Made by a program: the position numbers and the translations under genes
Shown here: in pieces, positions 36,317 to 44,663 of the stretch
How positions within the stretch are numbered: the stretch's first letter is position 1
How the letters are laid out: every line of letters starts with the position of its first letter
Origin: Actinomycetota bacterium
Lineage (GTDB): Bacteria; Actinomycetota; CADDZG01; JAHWKV01; JAOPZY01
Direction: 5' to 3'
Length of the DNA stretch: 63,792 nucleotides
NCBI GenBank assembly: GCA_025963875.1
Contig: JAOPZY010000033.1
Location: 1-63,792 of the forward strand
The notes under the pieces: model-generated
Told to the model about the DNA's origin: nothing
Database searches by the model: none
Seen by the model: only the letters and a program-made list of their open reading frames with translations

Positions 36317-37519
36317 CTAGGCCAGGAAGCGGTCCCGGACGGCGTCGAGGATCGCACCCGCAAGCTCCCGCTTCGAGACAAGCGGCAGGTGGTCCACCCG
36401 CTCGTCGCGGCCGACGAGGACTGCCCGGTTCGTACCGGCGTCGAACCCGGAGTCGTCGACCCCCACCAGGTTGCCGACCACGAGGTCGACGGCCTTGGTC
36501 TCCAGTTTCGCCCGTGCCCGGCCCTCGACGTCCTCGGTCTCCGCAGCAAAACCAACGAGCACCTGGCCGTCGTGCCGGCGGGCGGACAGCGCCCGCAGGA
36601 TGTCCTCGGTGGCCTCCAGCGTGATCACCGGGGGTCCGTCGCCCTTCTGCAGCTTGCGGCTGGCCGGATCGGTGGGTCGCCAGTCGGCGACCGCTGCCGC
36701 CATCACGACCACGTCCGCCCCCTCGGCGGCGCCGAGGACGGCGTCGCGCATGTCGGCGGCCGTCTCGACCCGGACGACCGCGGCGCCCGGCGGCGCCTCC
36801 AGGCTGGTCGGGCCGGTCACGAGCGTGACGGTCGCTCCGCGGCGGGCGGCCTCCGCGGCCACCTCGTGGCCCATCCGGCCCGAGGACCGGTTGCCGATGA
36901 ACCGGACGGGATCGATCGGCTCCCGGGTTCCGCCGGCCGACACGAGCACCCGCCGGCCGGCGAAGTCGTTTCGGCGGGAGAGTTCGGCGGCGACGGCGGC
37001 GAGGATGTCCTCGCTCTCGGCAAGCCGGCCCGGGCCCTGATCCGGGCCCGCCAGGGCACCGGTGGCGGGCCTGACGAAGACGACCCCCCTGGCCCTCAGC
37101 GTTGCGGCGTTGCGGGAGGTGGCCTCGTGCTCCCACATCTCCGTGTGCATGGCGGGCGCCAGCACCACCGTGGCCCGCGTGGCGAGCAGGAGGGCGGAGA
37201 GGACGTCGTCGGCGAGGCCGAGGGCGTACTTGGCGATCAGGTCCGCGGTGGCGGGGGCGACGACGATGAGCTCCGCCCACCGCCCGAGGGAGGTGTGGAC
37301 GATCTCTGCGGGAGCCGGCTCCGGGAAGAGGTCGGAGGCCACGGCGTGCCCGGTGAGCGTGGAGAAGGTGAGCGGGCCCACGAACTGCGTGGCCGCCCTG
37401 GTCATGACAACCCGGACCTCGGCGCTAGCCTGGGTGAGGCGGCGGGCAACCTCGACGGCCTTGTAGGCGGCGATGCCCCCGCAGACGCCGACGACGATGC
37501 GCCTGCCGGCGAGATCCAA
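36317..37519 (-). CDS. coaBC: Bifunctional phosphopantothenoylcysteine decarboxylase / phosphopantothenate--cysteine ligase
   Basis: 400 aa. GVCGGIAAYKAVE flavoprotein N-domain and CoaB C-domain (SGRMG, KK..D). TTG start. Confidence 0.95.
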   Translation of the reverse strand: MDLAGRRIVVGVCGGIAAYKAVEVARRLTQASAEVRVVMTRAATQFVGPLTFSTLTGHAVASDLFPEPAPAEIVHTSLGRWAELIVVAPATADLIAKYALGLADDVLSALLLATRATVVLAPAMHTEMWEHEATSRNAATLRARGVVFVRPATGALAGPDQGPGRLAESEDILAAVAAELSRRNDFAGRRVLVSAGGTREPIDPVRFIGNRSSGRMGHEVAAEAARRGATVTLVTGPTSLEAPPGAAVVRVETAADMRDAVLGAAEGADVVVMAAAVADWRPTDPASRKLQKGDGPPVITLEATEDILRALSARRHDGQVLVGFAAETEDVEGRARAKLETKAVDLVVGNLVGVDDSGFDAGTNRAVLVGRDERVDHLPLVSKRELAGAILDAVRDRFLA

Positions 37520-37521
37520 CC

Positions 37522-37782
37522 CTACTTGACCCGGGCCTCCGCCTCGGCCGGGCGCTCGTAGCCGAACTTGCCCTCGGCGACCTCCTCGAGGGCGATGGAG
37601 AGCGACTTGGCGTGCTCGCCGAGGCGGCTGGACGAGACCTGCGGCGGCACGAAGTCCCGGATGCCCTCGCCGAGCTGGGAGTAGTACGAGTTGATCTGCC
37701 GGGCACGCTTGGCCGCCAGGATCACGAGCGTGTACCGGCTGTCGACCTTCTTCATCAGGGTTTCGATCTTCGGGTGGATCAA
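37522..37782 (-). CDS. rpoZ: DNA-directed RNA polymerase subunit omega
   Basis: (M)IHPKIETLMKKVDSRYTLVILAAKRARQIN. TTG 37782 lies 6 nt after AGGAG. Confidence 0.85.
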   Translation of the reverse strand: MIHPKIETLMKKVDSRYTLVILAAKRARQINSYYSQLGEGIRDFVPPQVSSSRLGEHAKSLSIALEEVAEGKFGYERPAEAEARVK

Positions 37783-37793
37783 AATGGGCTCCT

Positions 37794-38360
37794 TTACGAG
37801 CGCTGCTTGGCCTTCTCCATTATTTGTAACACCTCTTCCACCGCTTGATCGACCTCCGTGTTGACGACGACCCCGTCGAAGGACTTCTTCTGGCGCAGTT
37901 CGTCGTAGGCATCGGCGAGCCGGCGGCTGAGCGCCTCCGCCTGCTCGGTGCGCCGGTTGCGAAGCCGCTGCTCGAGGATCGCCAGCGAGGGAGGCTCGAT
38001 GAAGATGAGCACGGCGTGGGGCATCTGGCGCTTCACCTGGGCCGCGCCCTGGACGTCGATCTCGAGCAGGACGTCCCGCCCCGAGGCCAGCGCCTCCTCG
38101 ATGCTGCGCCGCGACGTGCCGTAGAAGTTGCCGTGCACGTCGGCGCACTCGACGAAGTCGCCGCGCTGGCGCATGAGGGAGAACGTCGTCGGGCTGACGA
38201 AGTAGTAGTGCTCTCCGTCGCGCTCCGTCGGGCGCGGCGGGCGCGTCGTGTAGGACACCGAGAGCGCGATGTCGGGACGGCGGACGAGGAGCCCTTGGAC
38301 GATCGTCCCCTTCCCGGCCCCCGAAGGTCCGGAAATGATGTACAGCTGTGAGTGCGCTAT
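37794..38360 (-). CDS. gmk: Guanylate kinase; start codon unresolved (ATA 38360 or CTG 38345)
   Basis: LYIISGPSGAGKGT P-loop, TTRPPRPTERDGEHYYF. No ATG/GTG/TTG in frame upstream of the P-loop strand. Confidence 0.85.
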   Translation of the reverse strand: MAHSQLYIISGPSGAGKGTIVQGLLVRRPDIALSVSYTTRPPRPTERDGEHYYFVSPTTFSLMRQRGDFVECADVHGNFYGTSRRSIEEALASGRDVLLEIDVQGAAQVKRQMPHAVLIFIEPPSLAILEQRLRNRRTEQAEALSRRLADAYDELRQKKSFDGVVVNTEVDQAVEEVLQIMEKAKQRS

Positions 38361-38674
38361 TTTCCCGTGAACTCCTTGAGGAGGGACTCGATCTGCTTGG
38401 CTCCGAGACCTCGCATCCGGCGTGACTCGGCGATGTCCAGCCTGGTCATGATCTTGCGAGCCCGCACCTTGCCCACTCCTCGTATCGTTTGCAGCACGTC
38501 GGAAACCTTCAGCTTGCCGACGATCTCGTCGTCGGTGCGGTCGAGCAGGTCCTTCAGGGTCGCCTCTCCCGACCGGAGCTGGTCCTTCAGTGCCGCCCGC
38601 TGCCGCCGAGCCTCGGCCGCCTTGGCAAGCGCGTCCCGGCGCTGATCCTCGCTCAGCGGAGGTGGTAACGCCAC
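38357..38674 (-). CDS. mihF: Actinobacterial integration host factor
   Basis: 105 aa. ...VSDVLQTIRGVGKVRARKIMTRLDIAESRRMRGLG... typical mIHF. Confidence 0.9.
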   Translation of the reverse strand: MALPPPLSEDQRRDALAKAAEARRQRAALKDQLRSGEATLKDLLDRTDDEIVGKLKVSDVLQTIRGVGKVRARKIMTRLDIAESRRMRGLGAKQIESLLKEFTGK

Positions 38675-38768
38675 AGTTCCTCCTTCGAGCTCGATCGCCG
38701 GTCCGTCGCCGTACCGGCGGAAGTATAGTGCCCGCCTTTCGGATCCCCCCGGTCCCTAGACTTGCCCG

Positions 38769-39746
38769 ATGACCGCCGTCGAGTCCATCAGGTCCCGCTT
38801 CCTCTCGCACCCGGGGCTCGCCGCCAAGGCGGCGCTGCGCATGGTCCCCGGCATCCTCGGTCCGACGGACTGGGTGGGCGGCCCCGGCGACGACACCGCG
38901 GCCATCCCCTCCGACGGCGGGTTCCTGCTGGCCGCCGGTGAGGCGATGTTCCCCCCGTTCGTGGCGGCGGACCCCTACGGCGCCGGCGTCGCCTCGGTGG
39001 TGGCCAACGTCAACGACGTCGCCGCAATGGGCGGGCGGGCGGTGGCCCTCGCCAACACCGTCGTCGGGCCCGAGGCACAGCTGCGCGAGGCGCTGCGGGG
39101 CATGCGGTTCGCCTGCGACCTCTACGGCGTCCCCATGGTCGGGGGCCACCTGAGCGCCTGGGACGGGCCGGCGTCCGTCTCGGCGTTCGTCGTCGGGAAG
39201 GCGTCGACGCTGTTGTCGTCCCGCCACGCCGCCCCGGGCCAGGTCCTCCTCGCGGCCTTCTGCCTGGAGGGACGGGCCCGCGGCGACTTCCCCTACTTCA
39301 GCTCCGTGGCGGCCCGGGGCGTCGAGCTTGCCGGCGACGTCGCCGTGCTGCCGGCGATCGCCGAAGCGGGATGCTGCGTCGCCGCCAAGGACGTGAGCAT
39401 GGCGGGCCTGCTGGGGTCCCTGGCGATGCTCCTGGAGGCGACGGGGACGGGCGCGATTGTGGACCTGGCGTGCGTGCCCGTCCCGGACGGCGTCGGCCTG
39501 GAGCCGTGGCTGTTCACGTTCCCCACGTTCGGCTTCCTGCTCTGCTCCCCGCCCTCCCGGGCCGGCGAGTGCCGGGAGGCGTTCCACGCACGGGGGCTTG
39601 CGTGCGAGGTGATCGGCGCGATCGAGGCCGGGGGTTGCCTGCGGGTGCGCCTGGGTGCGGACGAGGCCACCCTCCTCGACTTCGCCACCGCCACGGTCAC
39701 CGGGTTGGGCTTGGGCAAAGACGTGGCCAGGAAATCGCGCTCATAG
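38769..39746 (+). CDS. AIR-synthase-related (PurM-superfamily) protein, sll0787 C-terminal-domain type
   Basis: GPGDDTAAI, NDVAAMGG, GGHLS motifs of the PurM fold. TATAGT at 38724-38729. Belongs by context to the radical-SAM cluster downstream. Confidence 0.7.
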   Translation: MTAVESIRSRFLSHPGLAAKAALRMVPGILGPTDWVGGPGDDTAAIPSDGGFLLAAGEAMFPPFVAADPYGAGVASVVANVNDVAAMGGRAVALANTVVGPEAQLREALRGMRFACDLYGVPMVGGHLSAWDGPASVSAFVVGKASTLLSSRHAAPGQVLLAAFCLEGRARGDFPYFSSVAARGVELAGDVAVLPAIAEAGCCVAAKDVSMAGLLGSLAMLLEATGTGAIVDLACVPVPDGVGLEPWLFTFPTFGFLLCSPPSRAGECREAFHARGLACEVIGAIEAGGCLRVRLGADEATLLDFATATVTGLGLGKDVARKSRS

Positions 39747-39763
39747 AAGGCCCCTGGTCCGAA

Positions 39764-39805
39764 GTTGGGAGCGAATCGCGCGTAGGCGCGCGCCAGGCTC
39801 CCAAC
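39764..39805. repeat. Nested palindromic repeat, family A copy
   Basis: GTTGGGAGC-gaat-CGCGCG-tagg-CGCGCG-ccag-GCTCCCAAC. The left side CCGAAGTTGGGAGC matches CCGAACTTAGGAGC of the 50.6 kb copies 12/14. Confidence 0.85.
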
Positions 39806-40031
39806 CTCATCCTCCGGCCCCCGGGTGGCGCGAAAAGCTCCTCAGTTCCCGGGACGCGCGCTGACCCGCTCCCCTGCGGCGTAGATCCCCGCGGTGCGGG
39901 GTAGGTATCCTGCGTTCGCCTTGACGCGCCCTGGGCGCTGGGAGCACACTGCTCGCCCGGAAGGTCCCGAGCCCGCTCCGAGGCCACCGCTGTACAACAC
40001 CGACGAGATCAGGTGAGAAAGGAGATGCCGC

Positions 40032-40658
40032 ATGCCCGAAGGGAAGAGAAACTTCTGGACGACCGTGCCGGGAGTCATCTCCGGCGTCGCCGCCATCGTG
40101 ACCGGCCTCGGCGTGCTGATCCCCCTGCTGCTCGGGGTTGGCGGCAAGCACACGAACACGAACAGCGCATCGCACAGCCCTTCCCCCAGCGTTACGAGCT
40201 CAACAGGGACCGAGGGCACCACCTCCACCACGGGTGGGGGGACGACCGGCACCGGGAGCCCGTCACCGACGGACAGCCTCGGATCGTCGCCCAGCGCCAG
40301 CGCCAGCGCCGGGGCTACGGGAGCAACGGGCATCTCCGCCGACCCCCCGAGCCTGAGCTTCGGGACGGTCAGGGCGAATGGGGGCACGTCGGACCAGGCG
40401 GTCACCATCAACAACCCGGGCAGCGTCCCCGTCATGATCGATCACGTGGCGGTCACGCCCTCGAATGCGCCGTTCACGATCACGAGCACGACCTGCGGAG
40501 AGGGATCCAGCATCGCGCCGCAGAGCTCCTGCCAGATCAAGCTGCACTTCGCGCCCACCGCTCTGGGGTCGGCGTCGGCATCGCTCGAGGTCCACTACCA
40601 CCCGCCACAGTCGGCCTTCACGTCGATCAGCCTCAGCGGAACGGGGTCGCTGGTCTGA
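40032..40658 (+). CDS. Membrane-anchored protein with S/T/G-rich linker and an ASH / choice-of-anchor-D-like beta-sandwich domain
   Basis: N-terminal TM (VISGVAAIVTGLGVLIPLLLG), low-complexity linker, then LSFGTVRANGGTSDQAVTINNPGSVPV...SCQIKLHFAPTALG. GAAAGGAG RBS. Confidence 0.6.
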   Translation: MPEGKRNFWTTVPGVISGVAAIVTGLGVLIPLLLGVGGKHTNTNSASHSPSPSVTSSTGTEGTTSTTGGGTTGTGSPSPTDSLGSSPSASASAGATGATGISADPPSLSFGTVRANGGTSDQAVTINNPGSVPVMIDHVAVTPSNAPFTITSTTCGEGSSIAPQSSCQIKLHFAPTALGSASASLEVHYHPPQSAFTSISLSGTGSLV

Positions 40659-40749
40659 GGGCCCGCGAGGAAACGACGCTGTACGTCGATCTGTGCTCAA
40701 AGAATCTCCCCAGGCGCCGCCGCCGCTCGTCTGACCGACGAAACCTCGC

Positions 40750-41319
40750 TCAGAGGCGGCGCAGGACCAGGGGGAGGTCGATCGCCATGGTCTGGTGGGG
40801 CCGCCCGACGAAGCTGACCGGCTCTCCGACCGCATACCAGCCGAGGTGCTCGAAGAAGCCCACGTTGGACGGCTGGATGTGGGCGATCATCTTCCGGCCC
40901 CCGGCCTGCGCCGCCGTCTGCACGGCGAAGCGCACGAGCGGTGCCCCCAGCCCGTTGTGGCGGAAGGAGGGCAGGACCGCCAGGCGGTCGCCCTTCCACA
41001 GTCCCGGCTCGAGATCGACGGCGTCGCCGTCGAGGGATGCATCGGTCAGGGGATAGAGGCGCACGGCCCCCCCGGCAACGTCGCCGCAGAGGCCGAGGAC
41101 GTGGACGGTGGCGGCGTCGCCGTCGTGATCGTCCGCATCGGACTCTTCGAACATTCCCTGCTCCTCCACGAACACCCGCCGGCGGATCTCGTGGTGCAGC
41201 GCCACCTCCCCGGGGTCGCGGGCCGGACGGCACACGACGTGCAGGCCGAGCTGGACGGCGGCGAAGGCCTTGCCCGGATGGAGGAAGGGCGACAGGGAGC
41301 GTGCGGGTTCAGCGGACAT
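40750..41319 (-). CDS. GNAT N-acetyltransferase, MSMEG_0567/sll0787 N-terminal-domain type
   Basis: 189 aa. RRRVFVEEQG, LAVLPSFRHNGLGAPLV acetyl-CoA loop. 11-nt overlap with the radical SAM gene. Confidence 0.75.
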   Translation of the reverse strand: MSAEPARSLSPFLHPGKAFAAVQLGLHVVCRPARDPGEVALHHEIRRRVFVEEQGMFEESDADDHDGDAATVHVLGLCGDVAGGAVRLYPLTDASLDGDAVDLEPGLWKGDRLAVLPSFRHNGLGAPLVRFAVQTAAQAGGRKMIAHIQPSNVGFFEHLGWYAVGEPVSFVGRPHQTMAIDLPLVLRRL

Positions 41320-42460
41320 TGAGGATGGGGAGTTGGCGACCGCCCGAGGGCGGCTCGCCGTGCCGCTCGTAGGCAGCGAGGGCCGAGCAGGCGCCGCAGC
41401 GGGCGCATCCGGCGTGGACCTCCCAGGACGCGAGGCCGTTGACCGCCAGGTAGGGGGCGACCTCCCGGTAGAGCGACTCGACGTACTCCGCGGGCGGCGG
41501 CACCTTGTCGCCCATCAGGCTGCCGGGGACCGGGCGCAGCGGGACGACGAAGGGGTACACCCCGGCGTCGATCGCCCGCTTGCAGCCGTCGATCGTCATC
41601 TGGAGGTCCTCGCCCATCCCGAGGATCACGTAGGTGGAGACCTGGCCCCTGCCGAAGATCTCGACGGCGCGCTGCCAGGCCCGGAAATAGCCGGCGACAC
41701 CGGTGCGGGCCTTTGCCGGCGCCACGTAGGCGAGGACGCCCGGATCGAAGGACTCCAGGTGCATGCCCACCGAGTCCACCCCCTGCTCCTTGATCTCCTC
41801 GAGCACCGAGAGGTCGTCCGGCGGCTCGAACTGTGCCTGCACGGGCAGGCCGCTCGCCGCCTTGATGGCCCTGGCGCACTTCCCGAGATAGCGAGCGCCC
41901 TTGTCGGCGCCTCCCGTCGTGCCGCTCGTGAGGGTGACGTCCACCGCCCCGTCGAGCTCCTTGGCGGCCACGGCCACCTCGGCGAGGTGCTCGGGCTTCT
42001 TGACCGGGATGGTCCGGCCCGCCTCGAGGGAGAGCTCGATGCCGCAGAAACGGCACTGATCGTCCTTGCCCCAGTACAGGCAGGTCTGGATGACGGTGGA
42101 GGCCAGCGAGTCGAGGTGCAGCAGCGCGATCTTCCAGTAGGGGATGCCGTCCGCCGTCGTCATGTCGTAGAACCTGGGCCTCGGCGGGACCTCGGCCCCC
42201 GCCAGGCGGCGGCCCTCGCGGTAGACGCCCCACGAACCCTCGTCCCCCTCGGGCTGCAGGACGTACGGAGAGTCCGCCACGTAGTCGGCGGTGAAGGGAA
42301 ACGTGACCGGGACACCTTCGACACGGATCATCCCGGCGTCGGACGGCCCGGCTCCCCCGCGGCGCGCCTGGATCGTGTCCTCGACCCGCACGCCGTAGCT
42401 CTGGAGCTCCGCCAGGAGCTCGCCGAGCGCCGGCCCGGACAGCGTGTCAGCCAAACTCAA
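41309..42460 (-). CDS. Radical SAM protein, MSMEG_0568 (NitD-like) type
   Basis: 383 aa. Cys cluster CLYWGKDDQCRFC, GGxxD-like TSGTTGG, C-terminal CARCGAC. TTG start 42460 (or TTG 42454). Confidence 0.75.
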   Translation of the reverse strand: MSLADTLSGPALGELLAELQSYGVRVEDTIQARRGGAGPSDAGMIRVEGVPVTFPFTADYVADSPYVLQPEGDEGSWGVYREGRRLAGAEVPPRPRFYDMTTADGIPYWKIALLHLDSLASTVIQTCLYWGKDDQCRFCGIELSLEAGRTIPVKKPEHLAEVAVAAKELDGAVDVTLTSGTTGGADKGARYLGKCARAIKAASGLPVQAQFEPPDDLSVLEEIKEQGVDSVGMHLESFDPGVLAYVAPAKARTGVAGYFRAWQRAVEIFGRGQVSTYVILGMGEDLQMTIDGCKRAIDAGVYPFVVPLRPVPGSLMGDKVPPPAEYVESLYREVAPYLAVNGLASWEVHAGCARCGACSALAAYERHGEPPSGGRQLPILNVR

Positions 42461-42466
42461 ATGCTC

Positions 42467-43327
42467 CTACTGGGCCTTCGTGTAGAGCTCTTCGAAATTC
42501 TGGTACAGGATCCGCTGCTTCAGCTCGCTGCCCACGGGTGCACCGTAGATCTTCCAGTATTCACCCCAGAAGTCGCTCCACGGCTCGTCCGAGGCGAAGA
42601 TCACCCGGTCGTGGCCCACGCCGCGCTTCTCGATCTCGGTCAGCAGCCACCGCGCACCGAACCCGATGGTCCAGGTGGTGTCGGTGTAGACCTTGTACCC
42701 CTCCTCCACCCAGTCGAGGAAGCGGGGGACGAGGCGGATGTGGCCGCTGACGCCGCCCCCGAAATGGACGAGATAGATCTTTACGCGCTTGCCGTACTTC
42801 TCGACCATCGGGATGAAGTTGCTGATGTCGGAGTTGCCGCCGGGGCTGGTGTGGAAGTGGAAGACGAGGTCGTGGGCCTCGGCGGCGTCGAAACAGGCAT
42901 CCGCGATCTCCCGGGTGGCGTCGTCCCAGCCCTCGGGGTTGGGGTTGCCGCCCAGCAGGAACGTGGTCTTCAGGGCCACGATGCCCTGCTCGCCGGCATT
43001 GCGGAGGGCCTCGCGGGTCATCTCGGCGTTCTGCGGCAGGAACGACACCCAGAGGCCGCCGAGGATCCGGTCCTCGGACTTGACCGCGTCCAGCACGAGC
43101 GGGTTCAGGAGGAAGGGCTGCTCCTGCTTCGGGATGCCGTAGTTCGGCAGGACCAGGCCCCGCTCGCAGCCGTAGGCGTCGAGGTGCTGGATGTAGTCCT
43201 TGGGCGTGGGGAACTCGTAGACCGTCGGCTTCACCGCTTCCTTCAGGTCGTAGAACTTCCAGGCGGCCATCTCACCGATGTGGCTGTGCCCGTCGATGAC
43301 CCGGCCGGCCACCCGCTCATCGCCCAT
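42467..43327 (-). CDS. Amidohydrolase_2 (TIM-barrel metal-dependent hydrolase) family protein
   Basis: VIDGHSHIG, HFHTSPG, IFASDEPW metal ligand pattern. ATG 43327 (AAGGAAGGGG 6 nt upstream) preferred over ATG 43363. Confidence 0.75.
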   Translation of the reverse strand: MGDERVAGRVIDGHSHIGEMAAWKFYDLKEAVKPTVYEFPTPKDYIQHLDAYGCERGLVLPNYGIPKQEQPFLLNPLVLDAVKSEDRILGGLWVSFLPQNAEMTREALRNAGEQGIVALKTTFLLGGNPNPEGWDDATREIADACFDAAEAHDLVFHFHTSPGGNSDISNFIPMVEKYGKRVKIYLVHFGGGVSGHIRLVPRFLDWVEEGYKVYTDTTWTIGFGARWLLTEIEKRGVGHDRVIFASDEPWSDFWGEYWKIYGAPVGSELKQRILYQNFEELYTKAQ

Positions 43328-43391
43328 GTGGCACCCCTTCCTTGCTGTGAAACGTCGTAACATCCCGGAAATAACTATAGGAAATATTCAT

Positions 43392-43748
43392 CTACCTTCG
43401 TTGATCCTCTCGCTCCGATGTGGGCAGTGTCAAGGCGCTTGCCTGAGCTTGGATCTCCCGTTCGCGCAGGGCGAAGGCGGCGGCCGCAACCAGCTCGGCC
43501 GTCGCAGGGTCGTCGGGCCCGCCCGCGGCGCGGAGGTGCTCGGCTGCCCGCTCGAAGGACGTCGCCGAGGCCGCCGCCCAGGACGCCACGAGCGCCTCGG
43601 GGCTGGCGACGACCAACAGCTCGTCTGCCAGCCCCCGAACCGCGAGAACGCAGCGCTGGTACCCGGAGGGGTCCGCGAGGATCGTCGGGTACAGCCGCTG
43701 CTCGGCGACCCGCCAGCGGCGGACCAGTTCCTCCAGCGCTTCCGGCAC
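43392..43748 (-). CDS. Hypothetical protein (118 aa)
   Basis: GTG 43748, 15 nt after the upstream stop. Helical, Ala-rich. No family recognised. Confidence 0.45.
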   Translation of the reverse strand: MPEALEELVRRWRVAEQRLYPTILADPSGYQRCVLAVRGLADELLVVASPEALVASWAAASATSFERAAEHLRAAGGPDDPATAELVAAAAFALREREIQAQASALTLPTSEREDQRR

Positions 43749-43765
43749 GTCGTTGGCCTGTGACC

Positions 43766-44251
43766 TCAGACGGTCCAGGTGCTGAGGACGAGCGCCTTCT
43801 CCCTGTACGCCTGGATCGTGAAATCGAGGACGTCCAACGGGTTGATGGGCTTGACGCCCTCCAGCATGTCGACCTCCCGCATGCCGTAGAGCGCGGCCGC
43901 CGAGAAGCGGCAGGCATAGACGTGGCCGCCTTCGTCGATGAAGGTCTTGAGCTGCTTGTTGTAGGCCTGCTCGCCGGGGAAGGGCTCGTCGCCGACCCGG
44001 GGGTAACCGCGGGTTGCGGCGGCGATGAGCGAGCCGGGGCCGTAGAGGATGATCGAGGTGTCGAATCCCTTCCGGTTGATACGGGTGCACGTGAGCAGGT
44101 TGACCAGGCCGACCGAACCCTCGAAGGGAACGGTGTGGAAAAAGACGTACGCGGTCTGGCCTTCCTCTGCCTTGTAATCCGGGAGGACCTTCTCTTCGTA
44201 GTCGACGATCGCGTCGCCCGGCTTAACCCGCTCCCCAACGATCTGTACCAT
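43766..44251 (-). CDS. MSMEG_0572 / Sll0783-type nitrogen-starvation-response protein (DsrE-like fold), tentative
   Basis: ATG 44251 after GGGAG. 161 aa, YVFFHTVPFEGSVGLVNLL...IILYGPGS...GGHVYACRFS pattern. Confidence 0.6.
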   Translation of the reverse strand: MVQIVGERVKPGDAIVDYEEKVLPDYKAEEGQTAYVFFHTVPFEGSVGLVNLLTCTRINRKGFDTSIILYGPGSLIAAATRGYPRVGDEPFPGEQAYNKQLKTFIDEGGHVYACRFSAAALYGMREVDMLEGVKPINPLDVLDFTIQAYREKALVLSTWTV

Positions 44252-44370
44252 CTCGACTCCCTTTCCTTTCGTTGACCTGCTTGTTTTATTCCTCGCTTGA
44301 CGTCTCGCCTGCCGGCTCGTAGGCCGGTTGAATCGATGAGCCCATCGATGAACCCTGCTCCTGCGCTGCA

Positions 44371-44652
44371 TCAGGGGGACGGGTCGGAGGGAGGCGGCGC
44401 CCTCCCCTTCCACGAGGGCCGGTAGGTCCACTGCCGGCGGTGGCTGCCCGGCATCATCTGCATGAGCGACCGGCGCCAGCTCCACGGCACCAGCCGGTAG
44501 GCAGGGACGAACACCCTGCGCCAGAACTGCGCCCGCAGGCCGCCACCCGTCGAGGGGGGCGCGGCACCGAGGTACTTCTCCGCCATCTCACGTTCGGACG
44601 CCTCCAGCAGGTAGTGCTGGGAGTTGACCCGCAACCATTCGGCGAAGGCCAC
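44371..44652 (-). CDS. Small conserved protein (93 aa), MSMEG_0570-like by position
   Basis: Starts 11 nt after the oxidoreductase stop. The basic C-terminus may be partly GC artefact. Confidence 0.45.
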   Translation of the reverse strand: MAFAEWLRVNSQHYLLEASEREMAEKYLGAAPPSTGGGLRAQFWRRVFVPAYRLVPWSWRRSLMQMMPGSHRRQWTYRPSWKGRAPPPSDPSP

Positions 44653-44663
44653 CGGGGGCGTCC

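Noticed and set aside
44261-44276. GTCAAC-GAAAG-GAAAG, resembling an actinobacterial GlnR box (gTnAc-n6-GaAAc), upstream of the Sll0783-like gene.
   Set aside because: It overlaps the ribosome-binding site (GAAAGGGAG), is a single imperfect site, and cannot be distinguished from chance without a search.
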